NCBI GenBank assembly: GCA_003971905.1
Contig: RSEE01000006.1
Coordinates: 62,001 to 126,000 of the forward strand
DNA: 64,000 bases
Direction of reading: 5' to 3'
Source of the DNA: Moniliella sp. 'wahieum'
Taxonomy: Eukaryota
Both the position numbers and the translations under genes were made by a program. The notes below the pieces were generated by a model. It saw nothing but the letters and a program-made list of their open reading frames with translations. It did not search any database and was not told the DNA's origin. Position 1 is the first letter of the stretch. Each line of letters starts with the position of its first letter. This document shows positions 26,479-38,087 of the stretch, one piece after another.

Positions 26479-28731
26479 CTAGAGGCCAAGCACTCGGTTT
26501 ACGGCTTGGGGGGCGTGGACCGAACTCGCCCGCCCGGCCCCGGCATGGAGCATCAACATGCGCTTGGCCGGACCCAACTCGTTGAGCAAGTCCATCCCTG
26601 CGCCCGGGCGTAGGTCACTACGTCCCCCACGGCGCCCAGCACGGCCTTGCGCACCGGACTCTCGGCCTCGGCCACCCGGTCGGCCTCGGCGCCCATCCCG
26701 TGCCGCGGCAACGGCGGCGCACCACCAGACTGAACAACCAATGCAGGTGGTCCGCCGCACTAATCATCATTTGGTTGGCAGCGTAACGCGCAGCCGGGTA
26801 CGCCGCCAACGCCGTGCCGGACCCCACCTCCACTCCGTCCTGCACCGCAGCAGTAAGCGTGGTGCTGAGCGCCTGGGCATCTGCCAGGCCCAAGTTGAGA
26901 CCTTGCCCCGCCAAAGGGTGCGTCGAATGTGCCGCATCGCCCACCAAGACCGTACGTGGTCTTGCTGCATTTTTGCCCGCTGCTTCCGGTGCGACACCGA
27001 GCATGCCCAGCGCTGTGGCCAGCAGGTCGGACGGCATGGGCCAGGGCAACTGAGGGAGTAGACTCGGCTCCGAAGCTGACCCAGCTTGCATCTCGTGCGC
27101 CGGCCCAGGCAACGACGACGGCGCGTACCGCAACGACGCACCCGTGTACGCGTCCACATGACGAACTTGCAGTGGGAAGCTGGCTACCGAGCGCGTTTCC
27201 ACGCTCTGCACGGGCGGTGGCGCACAACCCACAGCTTCCCCCGGCGGGTAGGCCGGAAGCGAAGTCAATCCGCCCGCTTGCACCACCGCTTCAGCAATTG
27301 CCGTCACAGCTGCCCGCCCGGCCTGGGCAGCGGCATCGCTATCGTCGTCGCCTTGGAGGTTTTGGAGAGTGGCATGACGGTGCTCAACCACCGCGGCTTG
27401 AAGGATAGGTTGCAGCAGGTCCCACGGTAAGCGGAACGCTGCGCTGACCAGCTCGGCCAACGGATCGACGGGCGTAGTGGCTTGCGTCGAGCGATTGATC
27501 CATTCCAGCGCAGCACAGATGGGAGGGGGTAAGGACCACACCATTGATCCCGTATCCGGGGCCAGCTACAGTCGAGCAGAGGGTAAGTACCTAGAACGGA
27601 GAGAACAAACGCCAAGGAGGGAAAGACAAGAAGAAGAAGAGGAAAGAAACGTACGGGGAGGAAGGCAATAGGTCCACTGGGCAGGAAGCGCTGCCACGCC
27701 GTGTGGCCCTGCAGACCGGCATGGGCATCCGTTGGGTCGGCGGGGCTCGAGTCCAGGTCCTCGGCAGGTACCCCACCAAATCCAGGCGGCGGTGGCGGCG
27801 GCAACACACAGTGCAAGGTCGCGACCAAGCCGCGGCGGTTGTACGCGTGACCAAATGCGCCGATTTGCGCGTACTTGCCCACGGGACCGCGCGGGCTGTC
27901 TGCGCCGACAAGGAGGCGCGTGGCGAGCTGTTGGGTTGGGGCGTCGTGGGTAGACAAGGTGAGAACAGGCCATTGGTCGACATGGGACGAAGGATGGGGC
28001 GGGAGCGGTACCCTTGCCGTTCCAGCGTCGTACGCCACAATGTCCGCCACCTTGGTCTTGTCCCGCACCTGCACCGTCACGTTCTCGGTGCCGAGGCGGG
28101 AGAGGTAGGCGAGCATGGCATGCTGCAGGTTGGCAATCTCAACGAGGTAGGACAGCACGTGGGTGGGCTTTTTGGCCGGCACAGCCCAGGTAGCCGGATC
28201 GTCGTCGGCCAAGTCGGCCGCATCAAAGTGCAGCTCCGTCCCGGCGGGCGCGAGCGCATCGGACACGTGCATGTCGGTCAGGGCGCGAATGCGGGACCAC
28301 ACCAGGTGGGGGGCCACGCCAATCGTCTCGAGCCAGGCCATGTTGGCCGCCGTGACACTGACCACGCGGTTGGACCAGGGGAGCTCGCCTGCGTCCGTTC
28401 CATCCTCCTGCACGCGCCGAGGGAAGCGGCGGAGCGGGTCGAGAGACGACGCCTCGAGCACCGTGATCCGCACCCCGGTGGGCGACTTGGACTGAACCAG
28501 GCCGTGCGCCAGGCCACACGCCACGGCCAGGCCGGCGGGGCCGGCGCCGACAACAGCAATGTCTGTCTCGGCTCTTGGGAGCGGGGGGCGGGGGGCGTCG
28601 GCGGACGGAGCGGCGGGCGACGGGGGCGGGGCGGAGGCGGAGGCGGCCGTGGCGAGGCAGCGCACGGGCGGCAGGGCGGAAGCGCGCAGGAGCGGCGGCG
28701 CGGCGGAGAGGCGGCGGGGGCGCGGGCGCAT
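26479..28731 (-). CDS. COQ6: Ubiquinone biosynthesis FAD-dependent monooxygenase; intron about 27567-27654
   Basis: Presequence, Rossmann DIAVVGAGPAG, WSNRVVSVT, LLVGAD, AWQRFLPSGPIAFLP, VASFPL and LVGDAAHSTHPLAGQGLNLGLAD. Confidence 0.93.
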
Positions 28732-29007
28732 GGAGACGCAGCACACGGGCGGGGGGCGTGCGCGCGGTGCGCAGCGACGCGCGCAGCACCGGGAGCGGCA
28801 TGTGGACGAGCGGAGGCACAACGAGCATGCGGGCAAGCATCCAATACGCTACGCACGGGCGAGGGCCCTGTGTGGCCGATGGCCCGACTGCCACTCGAAG
28901 CACCCGCCTGAAATGTTCACTTCACGCCGCCCGGCCAGCGCGCCTCATCTGGGCGGCCGCCTGTAGCGTTTACGTTAACCCCTACGCTACGCCATCCACC
29001 CCCCCCC

Positions 29008-32000
29008 ATGGCCGCCGACGCCGCCTCCGCCTCCTTCGCCCGCGGCGGCGCGGGCGTGAATGCGGCGCAGTGGGCCAACATGCAGGACGTGTTCTACGCG
29101 CAGACCACCCAGTACACCCTCCCCTGGAGCATCACCACCCTCGCCGCCACCCGCGTCGCGCATGCGCCCTCGGCGGCCTCGTCGCCCTCGTCCGCGACCA
29201 GTCCGTCCTCGCCCCCGTCCTGCCCGGCAGCCGACGCGCATGCAGATCAGCGTCTACACCTCCGCCGGCCAGCTCGTCGAGTCCCTCCCGTGGGACGCCA
29301 ACCACCGCATCGCCGCCGTCGCATTCACCTCCACCGAGGTCCTCGTCGTCGTCCTCCTCCGACGGCGTCGTGCGTCTCTACCACCTCTTCACCCCGGCCC
29401 CGCTCTATCCTGCCCCCGCATCCGAGCCCGACGATGCGCTGCCTGGCACAGAACCCGTCCCCGGCGCCGACCCCGCACCCACCCGCCCTGTCACGTCCAA
29501 GGCAACCCAGCACACGTACATGGTGTCGTACTCCTTATCCTCGGCGTGGCCCGCGGGCGAGTCGGTGGTCGATGCGCAGCTGGATGCGGCGAGTAACACC
29601 CTCGTCCTCCTCACCAGCACAGGCTCGTTCTATGGTTGGCGTCTGCCGGCCGATGCGACTGTCGATGCTCTGCACGACCCAGACGTGGGTGCGGCGCCTC
29701 ACAGAAACCCCAGCCAAGCCAAGGACGACCCCCCGGCCCCTGGCGCGTGGGCCTACCCCTACTGGCCTCGCAGCGATGCGGATCGCGGTGCCAGCTCTGG
29801 GTCCGAGGGCGCAATCTCGTCTTGGTCCATCGCACGCAACCCAGCTGGAGAGGAACAACCTCCCGATGTACTCGTTTCTCCTTCATGGAGCACTTCTTTG
29901 CTTCGCCTTTCTGGCTCGTATTCCCCAAGTTCCACCTCTGCGCCCGTGTACAGCCTCGGTGGGCGGGTGCGACGATCTAAGGTTAGCCAATGGACCCTAT
30001 CATGCCGTCCGAGCATCACCCGATAGGAAGTCTTCTCTCTCTCCTTCGCAACGACTGGACTGTCGAAGTTCTTTCTTCTGATCTGGCTCGTGGACTGAGC
30101 GAGTTTGACTTGACCCCTCTTATTTCCCTCGATCCTGCCGAGCAGCCCATTGTTGGACCCGGAGAAGCGCACGTGGCTCTTCGACAAGCTGGCATCAGTG
30201 TTTGAGTGGTGTGGCAACATGGTAGTCGCACTTGTGCTGGAAGCAACTGCGCAAATCCTCTTGGTCGGTCCCTTTGGTGAAACTGCCTCTTTCTCCTTCT
30301 CTCCCCATTTGCAGCCACACATCTTTACCGAACCTGACGGGCTCCGCGTCCTCTCACCCGATCGCATGGACATGGTAGCCATGGTAGATGGTAAGTGTTT
30401 TTGCCCTTCCGCTCTTTCTGTATTCGGCTTCACTAACACAAGGATGTATGCGCAGAGGGCACTTGTCATATCTTCCTGCCCGGTTCGACCCACCCGGGCG
30501 CGTTGCTTTATGAGAGTAGCGAGCTCTTCTACGGACCTTCACCGCCTTCGACGACCACGCCCAACTCTGGTTCGGTGTTGGCTCCGACGCCAAGGCTATC
30601 GCCACAGAGCGTGTCAAGCGCAAAACCAGGGCCGACTCTTCCATCCGTGCATTCAATCCATGCTGCCCGAGGCGGTTCAAGCGTGTTTGCAAGCCGCCGC
30701 GCACGCTTGGCCCGCCTCGTTGCAGAAACGTTTGCTTCGTGCGGCCGAGTTGGGACAAACTTTTGTCGATTCTGCTCCGCCCCGCTCGGCCGCAGCGCGG
30801 GTCCACGATTGGACCAACGAGGATCCCACCCAGGGCCATGATGCGATGGCGCTCTTGTCCATTGCTCAGCAACTGCGTGTGCTCAACTCCCTTCACCGCC
30901 CTGATGTTGCCCTGGGATTAACGTGGGAGCAATGGCACCACCCCTGGGCTGGTACACGGGGAACGATGGCTCGCCTGGCCGGTCGACGCTGCATCGGTTG
31001 GCAGTCGCCTTGGCCCGGGCCGTGCCGGACGAGACGGAGCCAGCTCGCTTGATTGCTGCTACTGCGCAGCATTGGGCACGATGCATGATCGCTGCTGCGC
31101 CGACAGGGACAAGTGCAGCAGCCATTGCTTCTACTACGTCGGGTGCGAACCGCGCTGGGGGCATCAGCAGCAGTCCGGCCGACCTAGCTTTGACGGAAAC
31201 GATCGCCGCACGTTTCTCGGCGGAACAAGTGGGATCGAGTGCGCCGTTTGCTGATCTGGCACGCTTGGCTGGACAGATGGGTCGGTTAGGCTTGGCACGC
31301 GCCTTGGTGCGTCGCGAGCCCAAGGCGGTGGCACAGGTGAGCTTGTTGTTGGACATGGCCGATGCCAAGGGGGCGCTCAAGGTGGCGATCCATGCGGGAG
31401 ATCCTGACTTGGTTCAACATGTGCTCCGCCAAGTTCGTCGTGCGACCAGCGTGGCGGGGCTGTTGGCCATCACATTGACAGCAGGCAACGTGGGAGTGCC
31501 CCATGTGTTTTCCAATACCACCCCTGTCACCAAATTGGCAACCGTCTCGGAGCAGGCCGAACCCGAAGCGACCCAGGTCACCCGTCTTCCTGTCGCCTCG
31601 GCCCTGCTGGAGGAGTATGCGCAAGCGGAGCACCCTGATATGCTACGGGACCTGTTCTACCAAGACGATCGGCGGGTATCCATGGCGCTACTGTTGATCG
31701 ACCAAGTCTATCGCGTCCCTCTGGGCCAGAGCGACACGGAAAGCTCACGAGGCGAGGCGGTGCGGGAGCGGGGCGAGCTGTTGAAGCAGGTCAAGGCGTT
31801 ATTCCAGGACGATCGGGAACGGCAGGCGGAAGCGCGTATGACCGACTCGGCAAGCAAACTGCTGACGGTCCAAGCAGCGCTGGAGCGGGAGCTACGGAGT
31901 GAGAGCGCGACAGCCATTCCTACCTTGGTAGGGAAGAGTGTGTACGACACAATGGCCATTCTCTACCTTGCCCATGACACGGCGCGCGCGGAGAGAGTGG

Positions 32001-32302
32001 GATCGACAATGGGAGTTCCACCGCGCCGCTCGGCGCGCTTGGCCATCGATGTCTTTACCGCCCAACGCGACTGGACCGGACTGGCCAACTGGGCCTTGCA
32101 TTCGCGTCGCACGCCTGCCTGTGGCTATACGCCCGTGGTGATCGCCTTGTTGCGCCACGGCCAGACGGACGACCTGATGGCGATCATCGATGCTGTGCCC
32201 GAGCGCGAGCGCGACACCCTGATCGCGGCGTTGCAGCGCATGCCGCCGCAGTTTTCCGAGGTGGTGGAGCAGCTGTTTGCTCGGATCGAGGAACGCATGT
32301 AG
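29008..32302 (+). CDS. VPS16: Vacuolar protein sorting 16 (HOPS/CORVET); intron 30391-30456; frameshifted
   Basis: N-terminal WANMQDVFY...LPW, ISVYTSAGQL, EWCGN, EPDGLRV, QKRLLRAAELG, LRVLNSL, EPKAVAQVSLLL, GDPDLV and LRDLFYQDDR. Confidence 0.88.
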
Positions 32303-32435
32303 CTCGCCCTGGCCGGGGGCCGTGGACTTGGAATGGACGGTGGATGGGCGGGATAGATCCCCAGACAAGACTACGAGCCCACTGTCTCCCGTAGCCGGCG
32401 GGATGCTTTCCTTGGCTCTTGAAATGTAGACCTCA

Positions 32436-32633
32436 GTTGAGGACGTTGAGGACGTTGAGGACGTTGAGGACGTTGAGGACGTTGAGGACGTTGAGGACGT
32501 TGAGGACGTTGAGGACGTTGAGGACGTTGAGGACGTTGAGGACGTTGAGGACGTTGAGGACGTTGAGGACGTTGAGGACGTTGAGGACGTTGAGGACGTT
32601 GAGGACGTTGAGGACGTTGAGGACGTTGAGGAC
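32436..32633. repeat. Perfect 9-bp tandem repeat (GTTGAGGAC)x22, followed by two degenerate units
   Basis: 198 bp counted directly; lies between the VPS16 stop and the MDL1 start. Confidence 0.98.
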
Positions 32634-32915
32634 GTTGTGACGTTGAGGCTGCGTGAGGGCCAGGCTGATTGTTCCACTCAAATTTCTTCCTCGCCATCGC
32701 GGCCGACTGCGGCTCGGCCTGAGCACATTGCACACTTTAATTGATTTAATCGTTCCTCAGTACTTCAGTACACGGTGCACTCAATGAGTACTCAGTAATC
32801 GATCAGCATTGCTGAGCCGACGAGCAGACTAGATCATTAATCCTTTCCCCCATCCACCTCCTCCTCTGCCATCGCCACCGCCTCCTCCTCCTTCTCCTCC
32901 TTCTCATCTCCTGCC

Positions 32916-35177
32916 ATGCGCATACCGCCACCACATGTGGGCGCTGGCAGGTGGCCTCGCATATGCCCCCCGCTCCCACATCCCCCCGTCTCGTATGGCC
33001 CTCGGCTTGCCCAGACCCCTTCCCCTCAGGGTCCGGCCACCTGTCTCTGTGCTAAGCTCAAGGCTCGCCTCCACCCGCACTCCCCTCCCCCCGCTCCTGT
33101 TGACTCTGCTCCGACTCGGGCTTCTCCAGATTCGGCGACGGGGAAGAAGGAGGAGGTGAAAAAGGAGACCAGTGTTGGCGTCCTCGGTCGGATTCTCGCC
33201 CAGCTACGGCCATCGACAGGCAAGCCAAGTAACGAACCCCAAGAGCCGTACCCTGCGTTGAGCAAGATGTGGAAACTGGCTGCAACGCAGAAGAGGACCC
33301 TTTTCCTTGCACTGTTCCTACTTCTCATCTCTTCTGGTGTCACGCTCACGGTTCCGGCTGTGATTGGGCGGCTGATCGATTTGTTTGCCAGCGACGACGC
33401 CCACGCCTTTTGGGGCCTCACGTTCAACCAGATTGCTCCTCTGTTGGTAGTTGCGTTTGCCATTGGTGCTGCATCCAAGGCCGGAAGTAACATTTTGCTG
33501 GACATGTCAGCCATTCGGTTGATCCAAAATCTGCGGCAGAGGAGCTTCGCTTCGGCGTTGCGGCAAGATGTCGAATGGGCAGACAAACATGCAGGCGACG
33601 TGATGAGCCGACTAAGCGTCGACACGTCCATCGTTGGCGATAGTCTGACGTGCGATGTGGGCGATGGCCTGCGCGCGGCCGTCACGGTCGTCGCGGCAGG
33701 ATCGGCGATGCTTTGGATTTCCACCGACATTACCTTTCTCATGTTGGGCATCATCCCCCCCGCTGCGATCGGAGCCGTGTGGTACGGTCGTTACATTCGT
33801 GGCCTCACCCACAAAACCCAAGATGCAGTAGGGCGAATGACCGATGTCGCCCAAGAACGATTGTCCCCCGCCGCCTTTCGTACCATCACGGCGTACAATG
33901 CACAGCCTCGCGAAGTCGCTCACCTCTCGCGGTCAATCAAGGATATTGTCAACTTGCAGGTTACCGAAGCCAAGGCGACCGGGTACTTTTATGCCGGCAC
34001 TGGGTTTATCGGAAACTGTGCCATCCTCACCTTGCTCGCCTATGGTGGCTCGTTGGTTACCAAGGGAATCCTCACCACGGGCGATCTAACATCGCTGATG
34101 ATGTACGCTGCTTACCTTGGCGGTGGCCTGGCCAAGCTGACCAGCTTCTTCGAGAGCATCATGAAGGGCATGGGAGCTGGTGCGCGCGTTTTCCCTGATG
34201 GAGCGGCAACCTCACATCCAGTCGGGCAAACGACTCGAATTGCCTAACAGCTCCCATCCTACCATTGAGTTCCGCAATGTCGACTTTGCCTACCCCAGCC
34301 GGCCCGATCGCGCAATCCTCCAGGACTTTACACTTACCATTCAGCCGGGCACGAGTGTCGCGTTGGTGGGTGCGTCGGGAGTGGGCAAAAGTTCGGTTCA
34401 CTCCCTCGTTCTCCGCCTCTACGATCCAGATCGAGGCGAGGGGTGTGGCAGGACACGACGTGAAGGAGTACCCGTTAGATTCCCTTCGCAATCTGTTTGG
34501 TGTGGTGGGACAAGATCCGGTACGTGTCTTGCTTGACTTCTGATACAGTGGAGAGGTAGGGGGGGTGGGATTGTGTTTGGTGATAAGGATACTAACTACC
34601 AAGTGGGTTTGGGCAGGTCATGTTTGAGGGCACGATTGCCGACAACATTGCCTATTCCCGCCCGGGCGCGAGCGAGGCGGAGATTGAGCAAGCGGCCGAG
34701 GCAGCCAATTGCATGGACTTTATTCGTGCTTTGCCCGATGGTTTGGCCACCAATGCGCGCCAACTGTCCGGCGGACAACGGCAACGAATCGGCATTGCCC
34801 GTTCTCTCCTTCGCGGCGCACCGATCTTGTTAATGGACGAGGCCACTTCGGCATTGGATACCCACTCGGAACATTTAATCAACAGCACCATCCAACGTAT
34901 TGTCGAGGCCGGCCAAGCGACGGTATGGATCATTGCACATCGCTTGTCGACAATCAAGTCGGCCGATGTGATTGTTTTGATGGACCAAGGCCGCGTGGCA
35001 GAGATGGGCAGTTTTCAGCAACTGAACATACCAGGAAGCCAGTTTGAGCGACTCATCCGCGCCCAGCTGACCGATTCGAGCAACCAACTTGGTGATGAAA
35101 CGCAGCAGGTCCCAGAGGAGGCCCAAGAAGCCCAGCGCATTTTGGCTCAGAGCGTAACAAATTCTTCCCACCTCTGA
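32916..35177 (+). CDS. MDL1: Mitochondrial ABCB half-transporter (Mdl1/Mdl2/ABCB10-like); intron about 34520-34616
   Basis: Presequence-like N-terminus and a six-helix TMD (SRLSVDTSIVGDSLT...DGLR). NBD motifs FAYPSRP, GASGVGKS, LSGGQRQR, ILLMDEATSALD and IAHRLST. Confidence 0.85.
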
Positions 35178-35452
35178 AGCGTCTCAAGAAGCACGGCGAC
35201 ACCATGACCACACATCTGCCAACCTGGTCAAATCTGTATCGAGGCTGTCCGATTCGCACCCGTTGTATGGACGGCGCGAAGCGGAAGGTCGGACGGCCGA
35301 TCTGCTTGGTAGGGGACAAGACCACGCATAAACATCTTTCACTTTACTCCACTACTTGTTTTCGCATGACATTCGCTACTTATTTACCCTTCAGAGTTGG
35401 CCAAAGGCGTACGAATCCTGTCCCATAGATCCAGCAGTGGATTCGGTATGCC

Positions 35453-36178
35453 TTACTTTCGTTTCCAGACGTGGACCTGTTCGATTCCAGTTCCCTTGCG
35501 CTTGTCCGACTGTTCCAGCGGCACCCCTTCCCAAAGGAGGTCAAACGATGGGCTCAGCAGCTCCTTGTAGATGGCGGGGCTGAGGGAGAAAGGAGGACCG
35601 CCCTCGCGGTCGCCATCGATGGGATAGACGAGCGCTAAGAGCACGCCCCCGGGACGAAGAACGCGGGTATAAGTCTTGGCCCATTCGGCTCGCATCGACG
35701 GGTGCAACGCGCAGAGGAACGTGTAGTCGTATGCCAACTCAAACGAGGAGGGCAACGAAGCTGGAGCAGCATCAGTGCCCAAGGCGAAAAAATCTTGCGT
35801 ATACAGTTGGATCCGATCCCGAACCACGGCATCCTTGACATTTTCGTCACGCCACTGCGTCGCCGCCTCGACAGCGGTGCGGGAAATGTCGACACCAAGA
35901 ACAGGTGCGTACCCTTTCTCCGCCAAGAAGGCGGTATCGTACCCCCGCCCCATCCCGGCCACAAGGGCAGGCGCAGGCGCAGCGGGCAGCACAGACCGAA
36001 TGGGCGGATACGCCAACGCCCACGTCAGAGCCGGTTGGGGGCCCGCAGCGTCCCACGGCGTCCAGGCTTCTTTCCAGGCAGCGTCCCAGCCATCCAGCGT
36101 GCCCTTGGCAACACTCGCTTGCAAGCGCGCGTGCTGGGGGGGGATGCCGTCCGGGAAGGCGGAGAGAGGGGCGGACAT
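35453..36178 (-). CDS. SAM-dependent thiol/halide methyltransferase (TPMT/HOL-like family)
   Basis: GWDAAW...TPWD, motif I ALVAGMGRGYD, GVDIS, DFF, YDYTFLCAL, LRPGG and GGPPF. Intact and intronless. Confidence 0.88.
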   Translation of the reverse strand: MSAPLSAFPDGIPPQHARLQASVAKGTLDGWDAAWKEAWTPWDAAGPQPALTWALAYPPIRSVLPAAPAPALVAGMGRGYDTAFLAEKGYAPVLGVDISRTAVEAATQWRDENVKDAVVRDRIQLYTQDFFALGTDAAPASLPSSFELAYDYTFLCALHPSMRAEWAKTYTRVLRPGGVLLALVYPIDGDREGGPPFSLSPAIYKELLSPSFDLLWEGVPLEQSDKRKGTGIEQVHVWKRK

Positions 36179-36929
36179 GGACGAGAAGGAGGGGCAGAAA
36201 AGGAGAGGGTGGTGGTAGAGGCCGCATGACACTCGATCACATGGACGCAGAGTAGCCCAAGTTCCTCGGTCCGGATCTACCGCGTGGCCCGTGGGACCGC
36301 AGGCCATGGCCGAGTGCTCGAGCCAGGCAGAGATGAGCCGCATTGGTCTGTTCAATTCAACTTCAACCGTGAAATGTTCGGGCTGTGATACGATGTGACA
36401 TGCGACATCGCGTCCGTCCATCTAACGGGGGGAGCATTATATACGCAGAGGAGCGCGCGCCGCGGCCGAAGCTTCCCTGCTCACCTATATAGTCGGCCAG
36501 CCACAGATGGTACACTATCTGTGCGGAAACCGTTTGGTCCCGCTTTCCCTCGCAGTCAAGAGTCGTGCTGGTCGGGAACTGAAGATGGGGGCTGAGCGTG
36601 GGGTGAATGGTCACTCTGACCACTACCCCTAGTACAGGCATACCGGCATGACCCCGTATAGGCTACCATATTCGTCGACCCCCCCCCCCCCGCGCACGAT
36701 CGTGACCGACATGGTGTGTACCAAACAGGAAGAGGTCACCTTGATGAGTAGCTTGACTCGAGCTTTTTGCTCGACCTGCTTATCAATTTGTACCGTCCTC
36801 TCACCCACCCGCATGGCGTCCAGGCGTTGCTTACCCCGATCCTGTATTGCTAGCCAGGTGCCTACGGGCAAGAAGAACCATAAGATCGCGTACGAAGCGC
36901 GGGGGTTCCCCTCGGACCAATATGCACTA

Positions 36930-37190
36930 CAAAGTGTACTGCTGCTTCATGTGTTTGCCTAGCTGAACCAACTGGGCGATGAGGGTGGACGACGCTGGTG
37001 GTGCTGCCGGCCGTGGAGTACAGTACCGTAGGGGCAGACGGATGGATGATGTCCAACCCATCGGCGATTGACTATGTGACTGTGCTGCACTCGAAGGTAC
37101 AGTGGAAGCGATTGTTACGGCCCCAGCGCGAGTCAAGGCCGAGACCAACGTTTCTACCTCGGCTTCACCGGGGGAGGAGACGCTCATAGA
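36930..37190 (-). pseudogene. Possible amidase-signature family relic next to the solo LTR
   Basis: LVSALTRAGAVTIASTVPS...QSPMGWTS...TP resembles the amidase segment L..AGA...KTN.P....S.P..G.T.NP...TPGGSS, but the GGSS motif is lost. Confidence 0.3.
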
Positions 37191-37233
37191 TCATGCCAGT
37201 CCTCCGAGCTCGTAGTTTGCGACTGACGGCGTA

Positions 37234-38087
37234 TGTTACGGGGCGCTCCGGTTATCTCCGGACGCTGAGCCCCGCATGTCGTAGACATCTCAGTACAACA
37301 CGCGTCAGTCCGGATAGACTAGCGAGAGAGAGCCAGTCGACACCTTATCCTTGCTGCGGATATCATCCGCGGCCCGCCATGGTCGCATGGGCTTATCGGT
37401 ACGATGCTTTGTGACTATTGCGTCCAGTCTTGGCAGAACCCTTACTGCTGCGCCCGACTACGCAGCGTCAGCGCCTTGGGAAGCAAGGGCTGTACATTAG
37501 TCTTTACCTTTCTGGGAAGTGCCCCGCATTCTGTCCATACTTGTCATGAGGCACTCGAGGCCTGGTTCCTTCTGTGGTGATATAAGCAGCCATGTCTAAG
37601 GCTTGCTAGCTGTGGTCCTTGTCGACCATCCTGTCTACTACCGTTGGTCTCCCCGACTACCAGTTCCTCTCTCGCCCTTCCACCTTCTACCACCCTTACG
37701 TTTACGAATTTACGACTTACGTCGAGCACTCTGCAAGTCGCGGTTACTATCAGTAGCACTTGCTCTTCTTTAGGACTCTGTCCGTTCCCGCCAACTATAG
37801 CTTACCAGGTGTGGTAACGCCGCGAGGAACGGAGTAGCTCCGGAGCTCCTGGACCCCTTCAGCTGGTCTAACGACCTACGTACACGGCTCCTACCTCGGA
37901 GGGTCTGGACTGCGGCCTTTGCACGCAGGCAGCCACCCAAACTAGAGGGTCTCTCCCTAGCCTCTACACCCGCTCGGTTCAACCAGGATCTGGAGCAGGA
38001 CCTAACGTACGAGCCACCGATTGACCTGTCCAAGGGTTTATACCCCTAAACTACAGGGGGGTCCCACCTCGGGACCCCCCCGTGACA
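37234..38087 (+). mobile_element. Solo LTR of an LTR retrotransposon (Ty3/Gypsy-like termini), 854 bp
   Basis: Begins TGTTACGGGG and ends CCCCGTGACA (9/10 inverted match). Flanked by an exact 5-bp duplication GCGTA at 37229-37233 and 38088-38092. Internal TATAAG near 37581. No long ORF. Confidence 0.88.

Noticed and set aside
32436..32633. 9-bp array as a CRISPR array or as a real PQR/STS/LRT-repeat protein
   Set aside because: No spacers, eukaryotic context, and the ORFs exist only because the unit lacks stops in most frames
26479..36178. COQ6, ABC transporter and methyltransferase as a secondary-metabolite cluster
   Set aside because: There is no backbone synthase, and COQ6, VPS16 and MDL1 are housekeeping genes
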